From Vibrio cholerae ATCC 14035 (GTDB lineage Bacteria; Pseudomonadota; Gammaproteobacteria; Enterobacterales; Vibrionaceae): a stretch of DNA of 32,000 bases. A program made the translations under genes and the position numbers. This document shows, in pieces, positions 29,621 to 32,000 of this stretch (position 1 is its first letter; each line of letters begins with the position of its first letter). The notes under the pieces were generated by a model that saw nothing but the letters and a program-made list of their open reading frames with translations, was not told where the DNA came from and did not search any database. Location of the stretch: assembly GCF_000621645.1 (NCBI RefSeq), contig NZ_JHXR01000004.1, positions 30,001 to 62,000 on the forward strand, written 5' to 3'.

Positions 29621-30400
29621 TTATGCCGCTTGAATGTGCGTTGTGATGTAAGGCTGCCACGCTTGTTGATAGAGATCGCGTGAGGCTGAGCGCATCTTGG
29701 CAATTTGCGCATTTTCCCATTCGGTTAACTCACGTTGCTCTTGGCGCGCGGTGCGCTCAATGGTTTGGATCTGCTCATACAGCTCATGCTCTGCACCACT
29801 TTTTACTTGCGCAATCGCCGCTAAATGCAACTGAACCTCAGCAATAATCCCTGTTTTAGGTAACTGAACTAAAACGTTAAGATCGCGATAACCAGATTCT
29901 GCCGGATTCTTGAAGCGGTTTTTCACTTTCACGACCGTCGCTTCTCGACTTAATGTCTCATAAGCGGTGACGAGACTCGCCACATCATGCGCCACTATGG
30001 TGGCTCGGGCTAAATCGGTAATACGCTCGGCCTGACCATCTAACTCTAGCTCAACCTTTTCTAAAGCACGCTGACGAGATTTTGTGCCAGCAAAGTAGGC
30101 TTGAGTATGGGTCAAGAGTGCGGTGCTTTTGCACAGAGTTTCTAGCTCGATTTGGGCTTGATGTGCTTTGCTGTACAGCACATCAAAATCTTGATAAGGC
30201 TGGACAATAGGGTAATTTTGGTTAGCGATACCGTACAAACCACTTAAGCTATGACGAAACAGCTTAGAGCTGACTTCGTTTTGTTGTGACTCTTCGCGGT
30301 TATCTTCCGTTGAATTGGTGGTTAATGGCACAGCCGCCATGGCAGGAGCACGGCTCAGCAGCAATAACATTAAGGCTGTGGTACGTAGCAATAGACTCAT
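29621..30400 (-). CDS. relV: Small alarmone [(p)ppGpp] synthetase RelV (RelA/SpoT-like nucleotidyltransferase domain only)
   Basis: 259 aa with a RelA/SpoT synthetase-like motif series: TKSRQRALEK, ITDLARATIV, SGYRDLNVLV, AEVQLHL, EHELYEQ. Size and neighbourhood (ihfA / tpm) match my recollection of V. cholerae relV. A strong SD (TAAGGAGAG) lies 5 nt upstream of the ATG at 30400. Confidence 0.8.
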   Translation of the reverse strand: MSLLLRTTALMLLLLSRAPAMAAVPLTTNSTEDNREESQQNEVSSKLFRHSLSGLYGIANQNYPIVQPYQDFDVLYSKAHQAQIELETLCKSTALLTHTQAYFAGTKSRQRALEKVELELDGQAERITDLARATIVAHDVASLVTAYETLSREATVVKVKNRFKNPAESGYRDLNVLVQLPKTGIIAEVQLHLAAIAQVKSGAEHELYEQIQTIERTARQEQRELTEWENAQIAKMRSASRDLYQQAWQPYITTHIQAA

Positions 30401-30868
30401 TCACTCTCCTTAGCTTGCGCTGTTCAGTCAAAAAGTAGATCTAGAAGGCGTTTTCTGACAGTGCAATCAAAGTGGGTTTAGTGTTCCTTTCTGCTCACTA
30501 TGATCAATTGGGCCTTGTTGTTCCTTTTCCAATTCAATCTGGATTTTCAGTTGTAAGAATTTGTTATCCATCACATATCTTCTTCCTATTTGAAGCTGCA
30601 AGGGCGATGTTCGCGCACGCCAATCACATAGTCTGTCTGTGTTTATTGGAATTCACTCATCTGCGCCTATCTGCCATTTCAGGTTCTGCAACTTCAAATC
30701 GTTTGGAAAGAACATAGGCATCCATTCAGACTTCGAGTTTTCGATGGAGTTCCAAAGCCTTAGGTAAAGAAATGTAACCGTCGAACAGATGGGGAGGGAC
30801 AAATTCGTGCTACCGCGGGAGCAGAAGATCCGCTACTCTTGGCGGCAGCAAATGAAAAGGAGTAGAAG

Positions 30869-31525
30869 ATGCGAGATCCTGAGTTTTGGCATAACAAATG
30901 GGCGGCGAACCAGATTGGTTTTCACCTTGAAGACGTGAACCCGCTATTGATCCGCTTTTGGTCTGATCTTGCCCCTAAACGCAGTGAAAAAGTGCTCGTC
31001 CCTTTGTGTGGTAAGAGTGAAGATCTGATTTGGCTGGCGAATCAGCATGACAGTGTTCAAGGGGTTGAACTGAGTCAAATCGCGGTACGTTCTTTCTTTG
31101 CCGAGCATTTCTATACCCCGACAGTGACCCGACTCAATGCGCAACATGAACTATATCAGTTTGATGAGCTTACGCTTTTTACCGGAGATTTCTTCACAGC
31201 TCCTGTTGAATCGGTGGACTTAGTTTATGATCGTGCGGCGCTAGTGGCATTGCCGGAAGAGATGCGCACAGAGTACGCGCAGCGCGTGTTGCAACTGCTT
31301 AAACCGGGTGGGCGCATTTTGCTGGTCAGTATGGATTATGTGCAAACTGAGTTGTCAGGGCCGCCATTTTCGGTTCCTGAAGCGGAAATTCGAACCTTGT
31401 TTATGGGATGTGAGGTGCGCAGAGTTTACCAAGATACGAGCATAGATCCGCATCTGAATAAGCGCACACAAGCGGGCTTAAGCCGCTTTGCCGAAGAAGT
31501 TTGGGTGATTGAGAAAAGCGAGTGA
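30869..31525 (+). CDS. tpm: Thiopurine S-methyltransferase family SAM-dependent methyltransferase
   Basis: N-terminal TPMT signature [22 protein letters not shown] followed by [23 protein letters not shown] upstream. Confidence 0.92.
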   Translation: MRDPEFWHNKWAANQIGFHLEDVNPLLIRFWSDLAPKRSEKVLVPLCGKSEDLIWLANQHDSVQGVELSQIAVRSFFAEHFYTPTVTRLNAQHELYQFDELTLFTGDFFTAPVESVDLVYDRAALVALPEEMRTEYAQRVLQLLKPGGRILLVSMDYVQTELSGPPFSVPEAEIRTLFMGCEVRRVYQDTSIDPHLNKRTQAGLSRFAEEVWVIEKSE

Positions 31526-31561
31526 CTCTGACTCTTTGAACGCCACTAAGTAGAAATGAAA

Positions 31562-31586
31562 AAAGCGCGCTGAATGAGCGCGCTTT
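31562..31586. terminator. Shared terminator hairpin between convergent tpm and purT
   Basis: Stem AAAGCGCGCT / AGCGCGCTTT with a 5-nt loop. The T-run is strong on the minus strand (purT side) and weaker on the plus strand. Confidence 0.75.
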
Positions 31587-31617
31587 CTGATAGTGCTGAT
31601 AAAGATAAAGAGCTGAA

Positions 31618-32000
31618 TTAGTAATGAATCTTCACGGCTTTCGCACACTCAATCGCGCGATCAGTGGCTTCTTGCGTCGTTTTTCCTCGGCTCAGGGCAA
31701 CACCTAAGCGACGACGACCCGCAATATCTGGCTTGCCAAATAAGCGCACTTGGGTGTGAGGAATGCTTAGGGCGTCATCAAGCGCACTGAACTGGATGTT
31801 CTGTGATTGGCCTTGACCGAGGATCGCCGCAGAGGCTGATGGGCCATATTGCACGATTTGACCAATCGGTAGACCAGTAAACGCGCGCACATGCAAAGCG
31901 AATTCAGAGAGCTCTTGAGAAATGAGCGTCACCATTCCGGTATCGTGTGGACGAGGGGAAACCTCGTTGAAGATGACCTTGTCACCTTTCACAAACAGTT
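31618..32000 (-). CDS. purT: Formate-dependent phosphoribosylglycinamide formyltransferase (GAR transformylase 2), C-terminal part; the gene continues beyond the window
   Basis: The translation ([30 protein letters not shown]...) matches the ATP-grasp C-terminal region of PurT. The frame is open to the window edge. Confidence 0.9.
   Translation of the reverse strand, partial: LFVKGDKVIFNEVSPRPHDTGMVTLISQELSEFALHVRAFTGLPIGQIVQYGPSASAAILGQGQSQNIQFSALDDALSIPHTQVRLFGKPDIAGRRRLGVALSRGKTTQEATDRAIECAKAVKIHY

Noticed and set aside
30472-30717. 81-aa plus-strand ORF in the relV-tpm spacer.
   Set aside because: It has a GTG start without an SD and a composition unlike a real protein (Cys/His/Phe-rich with no motif). 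It also overlaps the slightly more plausible small minus-strand ORF. I treat it as non-coding.

Overview
The window reads as a conserved core-chromosome segment of a Vibrio, most likely V. cholerae chromosome I. That assignment rests on my recollection of the gene order and of VesB, VarA, RelV and the hemerythrin-DGC, and needs a BLAST check. Gene order: partial ydiJ-like FAD/Fe-S oxidoreductase; ICMT-family methyltransferase; secreted serine protease VesB (GlyGly-CTERM); MaoC-like hotdog protein; the minus-strand histidine-utilisation cluster hutC-hutI-hutG-hutU-hutH with palindromic HutC-type operators; a putative beta-barrel outer-membrane protein; yeiP-yciU; an AadA-like nucleotidyltransferase; a PTS-EIIC/EAL fusion protein; polB; varA(uvrY)-uvrC; pgsA; a tRNA operon (Cys-Gly-Leu-Gly); a hemerythrin-GGDEF diguanylate cyclase; a GNAT acetyltransferase; pheS-pheT; ihfA; the small alarmone synthetase relV; tpm; partial purT. 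I found no CRISPR array, IS/transposase, integrase, phage module or defence-island-like gene set, and every long ORF has a conventional explanation. I therefore do not claim a new multi-gene system. Points worth a second look: (1) the sugar-transporter-like EIIC domain fused to an intact EAL phosphodiesterase; (2) RelV has a strongly supported start codon that yields a Sec-signal-like N-terminus plus divergent synthetase motifs; (3) a third HutC-like operator lies in front of the hotdog gene; (4) one of two otherwise identical tRNA-Gly copies has an acceptor-stem U3:C70 mismatch; (5) the nucleotidyltransferase has a degenerate metal-binding motif; (6) two unusually long non-coding spacers (pheT-ihfA, relV-tpm).
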